Assembly (NCBI GenBank): GCA_963737655.1
Contig: CAVTTN010000002.1
Location: forward strand, 224,001 to 288,000
DNA length: 64,000 bases
Reading direction: 5' to 3'
DNA from: an uncultured Planctomycetota bacterium
GTDB taxonomy: Bacteria; Planctomycetota; Planctomycetia; Isosphaerales; Isosphaeraceae
The stretch's first letter is position 1. The number at the start of each line of letters is the position of its first letter. The notes beneath the pieces are model-generated. The model saw nothing but the letters and a program-made list of their open reading frames with translations. It was not told the DNA's origin and searched no databases. The position numbers and the translations under genes are program-made. This document shows positions 23,371 through 34,912 of the stretch, piece by piece.

Positions 23371-24481
23371 CTACACGGCGAAGCGCTCGGCGTCCCGTTT
23401 CTTGAATTCGAGCCCGAACCCCGGTCGGGAGAGGTCCGGGCGCAACTGGCCGCCGATGGGCCGGGGGGCGCCGTCGAAGAGCATGTGCTCGATCCGGTCG
23501 TGGTCGTGGAAGTATTCCAGGTGGCGGAACACCGGGACGGCGCAGCCCAGCGCGACATGGAGCGACGGGGCGCAGTGGGCCGAGATCTGGAGGCTCCCCG
23601 CCTCGCACAGCGAGGCTACGCCGAGGAACCCGGAGATCCCCCCGCAGCGAGTGGCGTCGGCCTGGAGGACGTCCACCGCCCCGGCGTCGAGCATCCGGCG
23701 GAAGTAGCACGGCACGTAGCCATATTCGCCCGCGGCGACGTCCATGCCCGCCGGGGAGCGGTCGCGGAGGAGACGCAAGCCGTCCAGGTCGTCCGACGAC
23801 ACCGGCTCCTCGAACCACGAGACGCCGACCTCGGCGAACTCCTCCGCGAATGCCAACGCCTGCTTGCGCGAATAGGCCCCGTTGGCATCGACGAAGAGCT
23901 CGGCGGCGGGGCCGATCGCCTCGCGGGCCTTGCGGACCCGTCATGAGGTCCTCGTCCGGATGCGTCCCGATCTTCATCTTCACGCGAGGGATGCCCGAGG
24001 CCGTCCACCCGCCGAGCTGCTGTTGCAGACGCTCGATCGAGTACGTCGTGAACCCGCCGCTGCCGTAGACCGGGGCGGACTCGCGGACCTGCCCGAGCAG
24101 CTCGGTCAGCGAGACGCCCAGGATCTTCGCCTTGAGGTCCCAGAGGGCAAGATCGACGGCCGAGATCGCCATGGCGGCGATCCCCTCCCGGCCGACGTTG
24201 CGGACGTGGACGCCCATCTTGACCCGGGCCGACGCGGGGGACAGCGCGTCCCCGCCGACGACGACCTCGACGAGCGACCGGCGGATCAGGGTCGCCGTGG
24301 ACTCGTCGGCGTAGGAGTAGCCGATGCCGGTTTTGCCCCCGCCGGAGACCTCCACGAGGACGAGCGTGGTGTGGTCCCAGGCGATCGTGCCGTCGGCCTC
24401 GGGGGCGTCGGTCGGCACCCGGTAGGCCGAGACCTCCAGCCCATCGACCGAGACGCGACTCTCTCCGGTTCGAATCGACAT
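23371..24481 (-). CDS. Mandelate racemase/muconate lactonizing (enolase superfamily) enzyme, frameshifted near 23941
   Basis: AISAVDLALWDLKAK, YGSGGFT and KMKIG, then in another frame VDANG, WFEEP, AAGEY and HLEYFHDH. Confidence 0.85.
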
Positions 24482-24539
24482 CGGGGCCTCGAAGCAGGGC
24501 CCGCGATCGGGGAGACCGCGGGCCCGGCGAAGGAGAACG

Positions 24540-26297
24540 TCAGAGCAATTCCTTGACCTTGTCGCGATAGAGGGTGACGGCGATCTTGCCGGCGTGGGGC
24601 TGGCCCCTCATCAGGGACTCGGCGAGGTGCAAGCCCTGCTTGACCGTGGCCGAGGGCGGCATGGGCGGCTCGAACGGGTCGACCACGGCCTCGATCAAAG
24701 CCGGCTTGTCGGTCTGGGCGAACGCCGCGGCCATCGCCGGGCCGACTTCCGCCGGGCGTCTCGCACCGGAACCCGACGCCGCCGCACGCCTCGGCGAACT
24801 TCACGAAGTCGATCGGCTGGAGCTCGACGCCGTACTCGGGGTTGCCCAGGAAGATCATCTGCTCCCACTTGATCTGCCCGAGGACGTTGTTCTTGATCAC
24901 GATCACCTTGATCGGCAGCTTGTGCTTCACGGCCGTGATGAACTCGCACATGAGCATGCGTGAACCCGCCGTCGCCCACGAACGCCACGACCTGGCGGTC
25001 GGGGTAGGCGATCTGAGCGGCGTTGGCGTAGGGGAGGCCCGGGGCCATCGTCGCGAGGTTGCCCGAGCACGAGAACTTCATCCCCCGCTTCATGAGGATG
25101 TGCCGGGCGGCCCAGGTGGTGATGGTGCCCGAGTCGGTCGTGACGATCGCGTTGCGGCTTCAGGTGGTCGTTCACGGCCCTGGCCACGACCTGCGGCTTC
25201 ATGGGGGTCTCGGTCGCGTTCCTCGCGAGTCCTCATCAGCTCCCACCAGTCCTTCATCCGGCCCTGGGCCTTCTCCAGGAACGAGCGGTCGGGCCGGCGC
25301 TGGAGCATCGGCAGCAGGGCCGGAGAGCGTGGCCTGGGCGTCGCCGGTCAGGCCGATGTCGATCGGGTAGCGGATGCCCAATCGCGTCGGGTCGCGGTCG
25401 ATCTGGACGGCCTTCGCCTGGCCGGGCTTGGGCAGGTAATCCATGTAGGGGAAGCTGGTGCCGATCAGGAAGAGGCTGTCGCACTCCTCCATCGCCTTCT
25501 CCGAGGGATAGGTGCCGAGCAGGCCGAGGCCGCCGGTCGAGAACGGCGAGTCGTCGGGGATCACGTCCTTGCCGAGCAGGGCCTTGACGACCGGCGCGGC
25601 CAGGGTGTCGGCGAGCTTCTCGACTTCCTCGGTCGCGTTCTTGGCCCCCTGGCCGACCATGATGACGGTCTTCTTCCCAGAGTTGAGCAGGGCGGCGGCG
25701 CTCTTCAGGGACTCGGCCTGCGGGACGACGATCGGCGGCCTCCAGGCGACGGAGGTATGCCCCTTCACGTTCATCGGCGAGGAATCTTCGCTCGTGAGGT
25801 CCTGCCAGTCGTTCGGGCAATTGATGTGGGCCACCCCGCGAACCCCGAGGGCCGTCCGGCAGGCGGCATCGACGAGCGAGTGGGCGTGCATCGGCCCCAT
25901 GATCTGCTGGTTGAAGCACGGTCACGTCCTCGAACAGGCCCAGCAGGTTGACCTCCTGCTGGTACTTCATCCCCATGAGGTCGTGGTAGGTCTGCCCGGT
26001 GATCGCCAGGACGGGCGTGTTGTCCATCTTGGCGTCGTACAGGCCGTTGAGGAGGTGGATCGCGCCGGGGCCGCTGGTGGCGATGCAGACGCCCAACCGG
26101 CCGGTGAACTTGGCGTAGCCGCAGGCCATGAAGGCGGCGCCTTCCTCGTGGCGGACCTGGATGAAGCGGATCTTCTCGCGGAGCTTCCGCAGCCCCTCCA
26201 TGAAGCCGTTGATGCCATCGCCGGGGAGGCCGAAGATCGTATCGACGCCCCAATCGATCAGCCTTTCGAAGAGGATGTCGGCCGTCGTCTTCGCCAT
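24540..26297 (-). pseudogene. ThDP-dependent pyruvate oxidase/dehydrogenase (PoxB-like), broken by about 6 frameshifts (pseudogene or assembly error)
   Basis: FGLPGDG, VRHEE, TSGPGAIHLLNGLYDAK, SGNLATMA, GDGGF and KNNVLGQIKWEQ distributed over seven frame segments. Confidence 0.8.
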
Positions 26298-26518
26298 CGG
26301 ATGCTCCTCCGGGCTAGCCCTCGGCGACGGCCTCCCCGGCCGCCTTCCGTCGGGCCCGTCCCGGCAGAATTGGTGCCGTCGCCGGGCGAATCCGTCCTGG
26401 GGCCGTCGTCGACAATCCCGAAGTAGAGGCTTGTGAGCGGCGAATCGTCGCGTTATCGTGTCCCCGGGCCGTCACGGAACCGGTCCGACGACGGCCCGGG
26501 AACTCCCGGGTCGATCGG

Positions 26519-26713
26519 TCACTTCTCGGCCTCGGGCCCGACGTTCGTCTTCAAGGGAACGCTCGCGCCTCCCCCTCCCGTGCCGCGTTCCGGGTTCGCC
26601 GCGTTGGATCGGGCCGTCCCGTTCAGGTCGTCTCGCGGAGAGTCGCCGCATCCGGCCCCGGCCAGGCCGAGAGTCAGGATCGCCAGGGCCGCCGTCGTTC
26701 TCGTGATCTTCAT
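26519..26713 (-). CDS. Small lipoprotein (possibly truncated)
   Basis: MKITRTTAALAILTLGLAGAG-C lipobox-type signal; AGGAGG RBS. Confidence 0.55.
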   Translation of the reverse strand: MKITRTTAALAILTLGLAGAGCGDSPRDDLNGTARSNAANPERGTGGGGASVPLKTNVGPEAEK

Positions 26714-26904
26714 CCGATGCCTCCTGGCCCGATTCCTCGGGCAGCCGGTGACTCCGAGCAACCGAGATGCCGAGGCGAGGAATCCCCGCCCTGGGAACGC
26801 CGTTCCCGGCGGCGAGAACCGGCCGAAGCCCGGGGCCGGGCCTCGATCCTCGCAAGTCCTTGAAAAGCCCCATTCTCGGGCGGTCTTCGTCCGCCCCGGC
26901 CCGA

Positions 26905-26920
26905 CGGCACGAGAGTTGAA
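26905..26920 (+). promoter_or_regulatory. Putative sigma-54 promoter of the ACIII operon
   Basis: CGGCACGAGAGTTGAA versus consensus TGGCACGNNNNTTGCW, about 95 nt before actA. Confidence 0.4.
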
Positions 26921-27012
26921 TCACCAAGCGTCGCGTTCGCCCCAGGAGGAGATCCACGGCTCGTCCGCGACGAGCCGACGAGGGACCACGCGGGGCCGCT
27001 TCGGAGTCGCCG

Positions 27013-27726
27013 ATGGCGCAGATCTTCCATCCCAGCTTCAACACGATCTCGCGGGTGAGCATCTTCGGCTCATTCTTCGCGGTCGCCGGCCTCGCGTACC
27101 TCGGCTACGAGTTCGCGCGCTCCCCGTACCAGACGATGGTCCGCGTGATCCGCGAGCAGCCCGTGCAGTTCAGCCACGATCACCACGTCTCGGGCCTGGG
27201 GATCGACTGCCGGTACTGCCACACGTCGGTCGAGGTCTCCTCGAACCCCGGGATGCCGAACACCGAGACCTGCATGAGCTGCCACTCCCAGGTCTGGACC
27301 GACAGCCCCATGCTCAAGCCGGTCCGCGACAGCTGGGAGACCGGCGTGCCGATCGCCTGGACCAAGGTCCATGACCTGCCGGACTTCGTCTACTTCCATC
27401 ATTCCGTCCACGTGAACAAGGGCGTGAGCTGTCAGACCTGCCACGGGGAGGTCAACAAGATGCCTTTGATGTGGAAGGAGCAGCCGATGACGATGGAGTG
27501 GTGCCTGGATTGCCACCGCAACCCCGGCCCTCGCCTCGGCCCGGTCGATCGGGTCTTCGCGTTCGGCGACAAGTCCGAGACGGCCGCCGGCAAGGCCCTG
27601 GCCGAGCAAATCCTCAAGCCCCGGGCCGACCCGGTCCGCGACCGCTTCGCCCAGGGTTCGCCCCTCGCCCGCAATCAGGACTCGCACTTCGCGGGCCTCA
27701 CCAACTGCTCGGTGTGCCACCGATGA
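27013..27726 (+). CDS. actA: Alternative complex III pentaheme cytochrome c ActA
   Basis: Five CxxCH motifs (CRYCH, CMSCH, CQTCH, CLDCH, CSVCH); QPVQFSH and LPDFVYF. Confidence 0.93.
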   Translation: MAQIFHPSFNTISRVSIFGSFFAVAGLAYLGYEFARSPYQTMVRVIREQPVQFSHDHHVSGLGIDCRYCHTSVEVSSNPGMPNTETCMSCHSQVWTDSPMLKPVRDSWETGVPIAWTKVHDLPDFVYFHHSVHVNKGVSCQTCHGEVNKMPLMWKEQPMTMEWCLDCHRNPGPRLGPVDRVFAFGDKSETAAGKALAEQILKPRADPVRDRFAQGSPLARNQDSHFAGLTNCSVCHR

Positions 27727-30700
27727 AACCACGGAACGAGACCAACGGGCGGCTCGACCTGGCCGCGCTCCGCGCCGTCCTCGACGGCAAGAACGGGCGC
27801 GACTACTGGCGAGGGCTCGAAGAGATCGCCGAGACCCCCGAGTTCGTCGACCTCCTCCGCCACGAGTTCCCCCGGGACGTGGACACCTGGGAGGACGGCC
27901 CGAGCCGGAGGAATTTCCTCCGCCTGATGGGCGCCTCCCTCCTGCTCGCCGGCGCCAGCGGCTGCGGATTCGGCCTGAACAAGCCCGAGACGCTCAACGC
28001 CTACGTGAAGCCCCCCGAGACCATCGTCCCCGGCAAGCCCCAGTTCTACGCCACCAGCCTGACCCTCGGAGGGTTCGCCACGGGAGTGCTCGTCGAGAGC
28101 CACATGGGCCGGCCGACCCGGATCGAAGGCAACGCGATGCATCCCGCCTCGCTCGGGGCCCTCGACATCTTCTCCCAGGCCGAAATCCTCTCGCTGTATG
28201 ACCCCGACCGCTCGCAGACGGTCTATCACGAAGGGAACATCAGCACCCTCGAAAACTTCCACGAAGACCTCGCCGCCGCCCTCGCCGAGCAGAAGCCGAA
28301 GAAGGGCGCCGGCATCCGCATCCTGACCGGCCACGTCACCTCGCCCACCTTGATCGATCAGATCAAGTCGATCAGGGACGTCCATCCCGAGGCGAAGTGG
28401 ACCGTCTTCGAGCCCGTGGGGCCGGACAATGCCCGGCTCGGGGCGAAACTGGCGTTCGGCGAGGCCGTCGATCCGGTCTATGACTTCTCGAAGGCGAAGG
28501 TCGTCCTCTCGCTCGATTCGGACTTTTTGTCGCGAGGGCCCGGCAACGTCGCCTATGCCGACGCGTTCTCGGCCCTCCGGAGGATGCCGTCGGACGCGAT
28601 GAACCGGCTCTACGCGGTCGAAAGCTCGCCGACGACCGTCGGGGCGAGCGCCGACCATCGGCTCTCGTTCAAGCCCAGCCAGATCGAGCCGTTCGCCCGG
28701 GCCGTGGCGGCGGCGGTCGGGGTGGAAGGCGCGTCGGGGTTGATGCCGGCCCACCAGGCGTGGATCTCGGCCGTCGCCGACGACCTCAAGGAGCACAAGG
28801 GTGCGAGCCTCGTGATCGCCGGGGACGACCAGCCTCCCGCCGTCCACGCCGTCGCCTTCGCCCTGAACGAGGCGCTCGGCAACGTCGGCAAGACGATCCG
28901 GTACATCGAGCCGGTCGGCGGCAATGGCGATCACGGGATCGAGCCGCTCAGGGCGCTGGTCCGCGAGATGGAGGGCGGCTCGGTCGATCTCCTGGTGATC
29001 CTCGGCGGCAATCCCGCCTATACCAGCCCGGCGGACGTGCCGTTCGGCCCGGCGTTGAAGACGGTGAAGCGGGCCATCCACCTGGCGATGGAACGCGACG
29101 AGACGTCCTGGCTCTGCCGATGGCATCTGGCCGCCGCCCATGAGCTGGAGATGTGGGGCGACGCGAGGGCGTTCGACGGCACGCTCGGCTTCCAGCAACC
29201 GCTGATCTCGCCCTTGTATGAAGGCGTGTCGCCCCACGAACTGCTCTCGAGCGTCCTGGGCAAGCCGAACGTCCCGGGCATGGAGATCGTGAGGTCGTTC
29301 TGGCAGGGGCAGAAGCTCGGGGGCGACGACTTCGAATCGGCCTGGGAGAAGGCGATCCACGACGGCCTCGTCGCCGACTCGGCGGCGAAGCCGAAGGACG
29401 TGACGTTCAAGACGCTCCCCCCGGCGACGCCGATCGTCGGTGCGGCGGGCCTCGAAGTGGCGTTCCGGCCCGATCCGTCGATCTGGGACGGCCGGTTCGC
29501 CAACAACGGCTGGCTCCAGGAGCTCCCGAAGCCCCTGACCAAGCTGACCTGGGACAACGTCGCCCTCGTCGAGCGCCCGGACGGCCGAGAAGCTCGGCGT
29601 CTCGGGCGAGGAGGAGGTCGAGCTTTCCTATCGAGGCAAGACGATCCGAGGGGCCGCCTGGATCTTGCCCGGTCAGCCCGACGACGTGGTGACGTTGCAC
29701 CTCGGCTACGGCCGGACCAAGGTCGGCCGCGTGGGCGAGGGGGCGGGCTTCAACGCCTTCGCGCTGAGGAGGGCCGACGCTCCGGGCTTCGGCCCCGGGC
29801 TGGAAGTCCGCAAGACCGGCGGCAAACGCCAGCTCGCCTGCACCCAGGTCCACCGCCAGATGGAAGGGCGGGACGTGTATCGGTCGGCCAGCCTCGGCGA
29901 GTACCAGGCCGACAAGAAGTTCGCCCGGAGGCCGGCCGACGAGGCGCCTCGGGACGACTCGCTCTATCCCCCCGTGAAGTACGAAGGGCACGCCTGGGGG
30001 ATGGTGATCAACCTCAACGCCTGCATCGGCTGCAATGCGTGCGTGGTCGCCTGCCAGTCGGAGAACAACATCCCGATCGTCGGCCGGGAGGAGGTCCGCC
30101 GAGGCCGCGAGATGCACTGGATCGACGTCGATCGGTACTTCCGGGTCAGCCTGGACGACCCCGAGGAGATCGCCTTCCAGCCCCGGACGTGCATGCACTG
30201 CGAGAACGCCCCGTGCGAGCTGGTCTGCCCCGTCGGCGCCACGACCCACAGCGTCGAGGGGCTGAACGAGATGACCTACAACCGCTGCGTGGGCACCCGC
30301 TATTGCAGCAACAACTGCCCGTACAAGGTCCGGCACTTCAACTTCTTCGACTACACCAAGAACACGGCGCCGACGCTCACGATCCTGAACAACCCGGACG
30401 TGACGGTGAGGTCCCGGGGCGTCATGGAGAAGTGCTCGTACTGCGTCCAGAGGATCAACCACGCGAGGATCGAGGAGCGCCAGACCGGCAAGCCGATCCG
30501 GGACGGCGACGTCCGGACCGCCTGCCAGGCCGCCTGCCCGACCCGCGCGATCGTCTTCGGCGACATCAACGACCCGTCGAGCGAGGTCGCGAAGCACCGT
30601 AGCCACGACCTCAACTTCGGGATGCTCGCCGAGCTGAACACCCAGCCCCGGACCACGTATCTCGCCCGGGTCCGCAACCCGAACCCCGCCCTGAAACCGC

Positions 30701-30735
30701 AAGCGGAGGCCCCTCATGGCCACGGAAACTCGTGA
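27723..30735 (+). CDS. actB: ACIII ActB (TAT-exported molybdopterin-oxidoreductase-like domain fused to Fe-S domain), frameshifted near 29575
   Basis: YWRGLEE, SRRNFLRLMGAS TAT motif, GRPTRIEGN and FANNGWLQE, then CIGCNACVVAC, CMHCENAPC, CVGTRYCSNNC and RGVMEKC. Confidence 0.92.
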
Positions 30736-32131
30736 GGGCGCGGCCGGGGCGGATGAGCACGTCCTCCTCCCCGGCCACACGATCGGCTCGGTCTCCGAGA
30801 AGATCAGCACCCTCGTCCTGGACCGGCCCTACAACTGGCGGTGGATCACCGGCTTCTCGATCGGCTTCGCGCTGACGATGCTGCTGATGGTGGCCGTCTC
30901 CTACCTCCTCCTGATGGGGGTGGGGATCTGGGGCCTGGACCGGCCGGTCATGTGGGGCTTCGCGATCACCAATTTCGTCTGGTGGATCGGGATCGGCCAC
31001 GCCGGGACGCTGATCTCGGCCATCCTCCTGCTGCTCAAGCAGGAGTGGCGGACGTCGATCAACCGATTCGCCGAGGCGATGACGCTGTTCGCCGTCGCCT
31101 GCGCCGGGCTGTTCCCGCTGATCCACATGGGCCGCCCCTGGCTGTTCTACTGGCTGGCACCCTACCCGAACACGATGGGGACGTGGCCCCAGTGGCGCAG
31201 CCCCCTGGTGTGGGACGTCTTCGCCGTCTCCACGTATGCGACGGTCTCCCTCCTGTTCTGGTACGTCGGCCTGATCCCCGACCTCGCCACCCTTCGCGAC
31301 CGGGCGAGGAAGCCGATCACCAAGATCATCTACGGGTTCCTCGCGATGGGCTGGCGAGGGTCGGCGAAGCACTGGCACCGCTACCGGACGGCGTACATGA
31401 TCCTCGCCGCCCTGGCCACACCCCTGGTGGTGTCGGTCCATACCGTGGTGAGCTGGGACTTCGCCGTGGGCGTCGTCCCGGGCTGGCACGCGACGATCTT
31501 CCCGCCCTACTTCGTCGCCGGGGCCATCTTCTCCGGGTTCGCGATGGTCTTGACGCTCTCGATCCCCCTGCGAAAAGCGTACGGGCTCCAGGACTTCATC
31601 ACCATCAAGCACCTGGACAACATGGGCAAGGTCATGCTGGCCACCGGGCTGGTGGTCGCCTACGGCTACTTCATGGAACACTTCATGGCGTGGTACTCGG
31701 GGAACTTCTACGAGGCGTCGCAGATCCTCCAGCAACGGCCCTTCGGCGACTACTCGCCGCTGTGGTGGCTGCAGATGACCTGCAACGTGGGCGTCCCCCA
31801 GTTCCTCTGGTTCCCGGCGATCCGCAAGAACCCGATCGTCCTGTTCGTCATCTCGCTCCTGGTGAACGTGGGGATGTGGCTGGAACGGTTCATGATCGTC
31901 GTCTCCAGCCTCCACAAGGACTTCGTCCCGGCCGCCGGGCGGATGTACTACCCCACGTTCTGGGACTGGGCGACGTTCCTCGGGACCATCGGCCTGTTCG
32001 TCATGCTGATCTTCATCTTCATCCGGGTCCTGCCGGTGATCTCGATCGCCGAGATGCGCGAGCTCGTCGTCGAGACGGCCGAGGAGCACGGCACGGCCCA
32101 CGGCGAACCCACCGTCGCGGTCACGTCCTGA
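30716..32131 (+). CDS. actC: ACIII ActC (NrfD/PsrC-family quinol-binding subunit)
   Basis: WGFAITNFVWWIGIGHAGTLISA, RFAEAMT, SPLVWD and GMWLERF. Confidence 0.95.
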   Translation: MATETREGAAGADEHVLLPGHTIGSVSEKISTLVLDRPYNWRWITGFSIGFALTMLLMVAVSYLLLMGVGIWGLDRPVMWGFAITNFVWWIGIGHAGTLISAILLLLKQEWRTSINRFAEAMTLFAVACAGLFPLIHMGRPWLFYWLAPYPNTMGTWPQWRSPLVWDVFAVSTYATVSLLFWYVGLIPDLATLRDRARKPITKIIYGFLAMGWRGSAKHWHRYRTAYMILAALATPLVVSVHTVVSWDFAVGVVPGWHATIFPPYFVAGAIFSGFAMVLTLSIPLRKAYGLQDFITIKHLDNMGKVMLATGLVVAYGYFMEHFMAWYSGNFYEASQILQQRPFGDYSPLWWLQMTCNVGVPQFLWFPAIRKNPIVLFVISLLVNVGMWLERFMIVVSSLHKDFVPAAGRMYYPTFWDWATFLGTIGLFVMLIFIFIRVLPVISIAEMRELVVETAEEHGTAHGEPTVAVTS

Positions 32132-32145
32132 GAGGAGCCCCGACG

Positions 32146-32694
32146 ATGAAGCCCCGACCCCCGGCGCCTCTCTACGGCCTGATGGCCGAGTTCGAGGACA
32201 CCGACCTCCTGATCCGGGCCGCCTACAAGGCCCGAGAGGACGGCTACCACCGGATGGACGCCTACACCCCCATGCCCGTGGACGGCCTGGCCGAGGCGAT
32301 CGGCTTCACGAAGAACCGATTGCCCGCCCTGATCTTCTTCGGAGGGGCCACCGGCGCCATCCTCGGGTTCGCCATGCAATGGTACTCGGCCGTGATCGAT
32401 TATCCCCTGCTCGTCGCCGGCAAGCCCCTGAATAGCTGGCCGCACTTCATCCCGATCACCTTCGAGCTGACGATCCTGATGGCCGCGTTCTTCGCCGTGT
32501 TCGGGATGCTCGGCCTGAACGGATTGCCGAAACCCTATCACCCGGTCTTCAACGTCCCCCGGTTCGAGATGGCGTCCCGGAGCCACTTCTTCCTCGTCCT
32601 CCACTCGGACGACCCGAAGTTCGACCGCTCGGCGACGAAGGTCTACCTCGAAGGGCTGGAAGGGGTCACGGGCGTCTATGAAGCCGAAATGTGA
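32146..32694 (+). CDS. actD: ACIII ActD (DUF3341)
   Basis: YGLMAEF, DAYTPMPV, GKPLNSWPHFIPITFELTIL. Confidence 0.92.
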   Translation: MKPRPPAPLYGLMAEFEDTDLLIRAAYKAREDGYHRMDAYTPMPVDGLAEAIGFTKNRLPALIFFGGATGAILGFAMQWYSAVIDYPLLVAGKPLNSWPHFIPITFELTILMAAFFAVFGMLGLNGLPKPYHPVFNVPRFEMASRSHFFLVLHSDDPKFDRSATKVYLEGLEGVTGVYEAEM

Positions 32695-32704
32695 GGACCG
32701 CTCG

Positions 32705-33298
32705 ATGATCGCCTCTCGAGCCCGCCGACCGGCCCGCTTCGCCCTCGCCCTCTCGGCGATGGCGATCGTCGGCTGCCATGCCGACATGTACGACCAACCG
32801 AAGTTCGAGACCTACGCGCCCAGCACCCTGTGGAAGGACGGCTCCTCCTCCCGCCCGCTCGTCCCGGGGACGATCGCCCGGGGCGAGCTCCGGGCCGACC
32901 GCCTCAAGTTCACCGGCAAGGGCAGGGACGGCAAGCCCGTCGACGAGTTCCCCTACCCGATGACCGAGGCGAAGATCAAGCGAGGCCAGGAAAGGTACAA
33001 CATCTACTGCACCCCCTGCCACGGGGCCACCGGGGACGGCCGGGGGATGGTCGTCCTCCGGGGGATGGCGCCTCCTCCCGCGTTCCATGACCAGCGGCTC
33101 CGGGATGCCCCGGTGGGACATTTCTACGACGTGATCACCAACGGCTACGGCAAGATGTACCCTTACGCCGCGAGGATCCCGGTGGACGACCGCTGGGCCA
33201 TCATCGCCTACGTCCGGGCGTTGCAGCTCCGCAAGAACGCCCGGGTCGAGGACCTCTCCGCCGACACCAGGACGCGCCTTGAGGGGGCCCCGCGATGA
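32705..33298 (+). CDS. actE: ACIII ActE monoheme lipoprotein cytochrome c
   Basis: Lipobox IVG-C, DMYDQP, CTPCH, ITNGYGKM. Confidence 0.9.
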   Translation: MIASRARRPARFALALSAMAIVGCHADMYDQPKFETYAPSTLWKDGSSSRPLVPGTIARGELRADRLKFTGKGRDGKPVDEFPYPMTEAKIKRGQERYNIYCTPCHGATGDGRGMVVLRGMAPPPAFHDQRLRDAPVGHFYDVITNGYGKMYPYAARIPVDDRWAIIAYVRALQLRKNARVEDLSADTRTRLEGAPR

Positions 33299-34473
33299 CC
33301 GCCGCACCCGGGCTTCCCCCGATCCTCCAGAGGCTCCGCCTCTTCGCCCTGGTCGCCGCCGTCGCGGGGCTGGGGCTGTGCGCCCTGGGGTTCCTCCTCG
33401 ACCCGTTGCAGTTCTACCGATCGTACCTGATGGCCTATTCGGCCTGGGTCGGCATCGCCGTCGGCTGCATCCCTTTGATGCTCCTGCACAACCTCGTGGG
33501 AGGCGATTGGGGCTACCCGATCCGTCGGCCCCTGGAGGCCGGGGCGCTGACCTTGCCGCTGATGGCCGTCCTGTTCCTGCCGATCGCCCTGGGGGCCCGG
33601 TCGATCTATCCGTGGACCAACCCCTCGTTGTTCCTCCATCACGAGTCGATGAAGTCGAAGCAGGGCTATCTGAAGCTGGGCTTCTTCGAGATCCGGGCGG
33701 CCGTCTACTTCATTTACTGGATCGGCCTGGCGCTGCTGCTCCGGTGGTCGTCGATGGGCCGCGAGAAGACCGGCCAGCCGTTGCCCGGCCCGTTGATGAC
33801 GGCGATCAGCGGCCCGTGCCTCTTCCTCTGGGTCCTGTCGATCTCGTTCGCCGCGACCGACTGGATCATGAGCCTCGAACCGGAATGGTCCTCGACGATC
33901 TTCGGCGCGATGTGGATGATCGGCCAGGGCCTGGCCAGCTTCGCGATGATGGTGGCGATCCTCAGCCTCACGATCACCCGGGGGAACCGGCCCGACGCCG
34001 CCTCCCCGGGCCAGCTCGGCGACCTCGGCAACCTGATGCTGGCCTTCGTGATGCTCTGGACCTACATGCATCTGTCGCAATTCCTGATCATCTACGCCGG
34101 CAACCTGAAGGAAGAGATCCCCTGGTACAACGCCCGGTCGCGAGGCGGCTGGCAGTGGGTGGCCACCCTGTTGTTCCTCTTCGAGTTCGGCCTGCCGTTC
34201 CTGGTCCTCCTGTTCCGCGAGGTGAAGCGGAAGGCCCAATCGCTGGGGCCGGTGGCGCTTCTGATCGTGATCATGCAGCAGGTGGCGGCATACTGGCTGG
34301 TCCGCCCGGCGTTCTCGCCCGAGAAGTTCTCGCTCCACTGGCTGGACCTGGCGGCTCCGGTGGGCCTCGGCGGGCTGTGGATGACCGCGTTCCTCTGGAT
34401 CCTGGGCAGGGCGCCGCTGGTCCCCGGCTATGCGCCCTCGCCCGCCGACGTCGAGCACGGGGAGGGGCACTGA
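33295..34473 (+). CDS. actF: ACIII ActF membrane subunit
   Basis: Multi-TM protein; DWIMSLEPEWSSTIFG, WTYMHLSQFLIIYAGNLKEE. Confidence 0.9.
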   Translation: MTAAPGLPPILQRLRLFALVAAVAGLGLCALGFLLDPLQFYRSYLMAYSAWVGIAVGCIPLMLLHNLVGGDWGYPIRRPLEAGALTLPLMAVLFLPIALGARSIYPWTNPSLFLHHESMKSKQGYLKLGFFEIRAAVYFIYWIGLALLLRWSSMGREKTGQPLPGPLMTAISGPCLFLWVLSISFAATDWIMSLEPEWSSTIFGAMWMIGQGLASFAMMVAILSLTITRGNRPDAASPGQLGDLGNLMLAFVMLWTYMHLSQFLIIYAGNLKEEIPWYNARSRGGWQWVATLLFLFEFGLPFLVLLFREVKRKAQSLGPVALLIVIMQQVAAYWLVRPAFSPEKFSLHWLDLAAPVGLGGLWMTAFLWILGRAPLVPGYAPSPADVEHGEGH

Positions 34474-34474
34474 C

Positions 34475-34900
34475 ATGAGCCACGAACCGCCGGCCGGAGG
34501 CCCGCCCGACCCCGGGCAGGCCCACGAGCCGAACACCGTCCCGATGAAGCCGCTGATGATCTTCGTGGCCTTCCTCGTCGGGGCCACGGCGATCGTCTAT
34601 GGGGTGATCCGGCTCCAGTTCGTCTACTACCGATCCGAACGGCCCGTGCCGACCGAGAGATCCGAACGGCTGCCCGCCCTGAAGGACGCCGGCCCCGCCC
34701 GCCCCAAACTCCAGGACGCGCCCGATTCCGACATGGATGCCTACCGCGAAACGCAGCTCGCCGAACTCCGCGCCGAACGATGGATCGACCGCAAGGCGGG
34801 CGTCGCCGAGATCTCGATCGACGAGGCGATGTCCATCCTCGCGAAGAAGGGCCTCCCCGCCCGGGGCTCCTTCTCCTCCGCGAAGCCCGGCGAGAAGTAA
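34475..34900 (+). CDS. ACIII accessory subunit (ActG-like)
   Basis: Single TM; P.LQ..P..D and WID...G...ISIDEAM pattern; position between actF and SCO. Confidence 0.7.
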   Translation: MSHEPPAGGPPDPGQAHEPNTVPMKPLMIFVAFLVGATAIVYGVIRLQFVYYRSERPVPTERSERLPALKDAGPARPKLQDAPDSDMDAYRETQLAELRAERWIDRKAGVAEISIDEAMSILAKKGLPARGSFSSAKPGEK

Positions 34901-34912
34901 GGAGTCCGCCCC

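Noticed and set aside
20219..24481. 1420-aa enolase/FAD-oxidoreductase fusion in the ORF track
   Set aside because: Artefact of a frameshift near 23941. The enolase C-terminus is in another frame ending at 23371, and the oxidoreductase has its own RBS and start at 23326.
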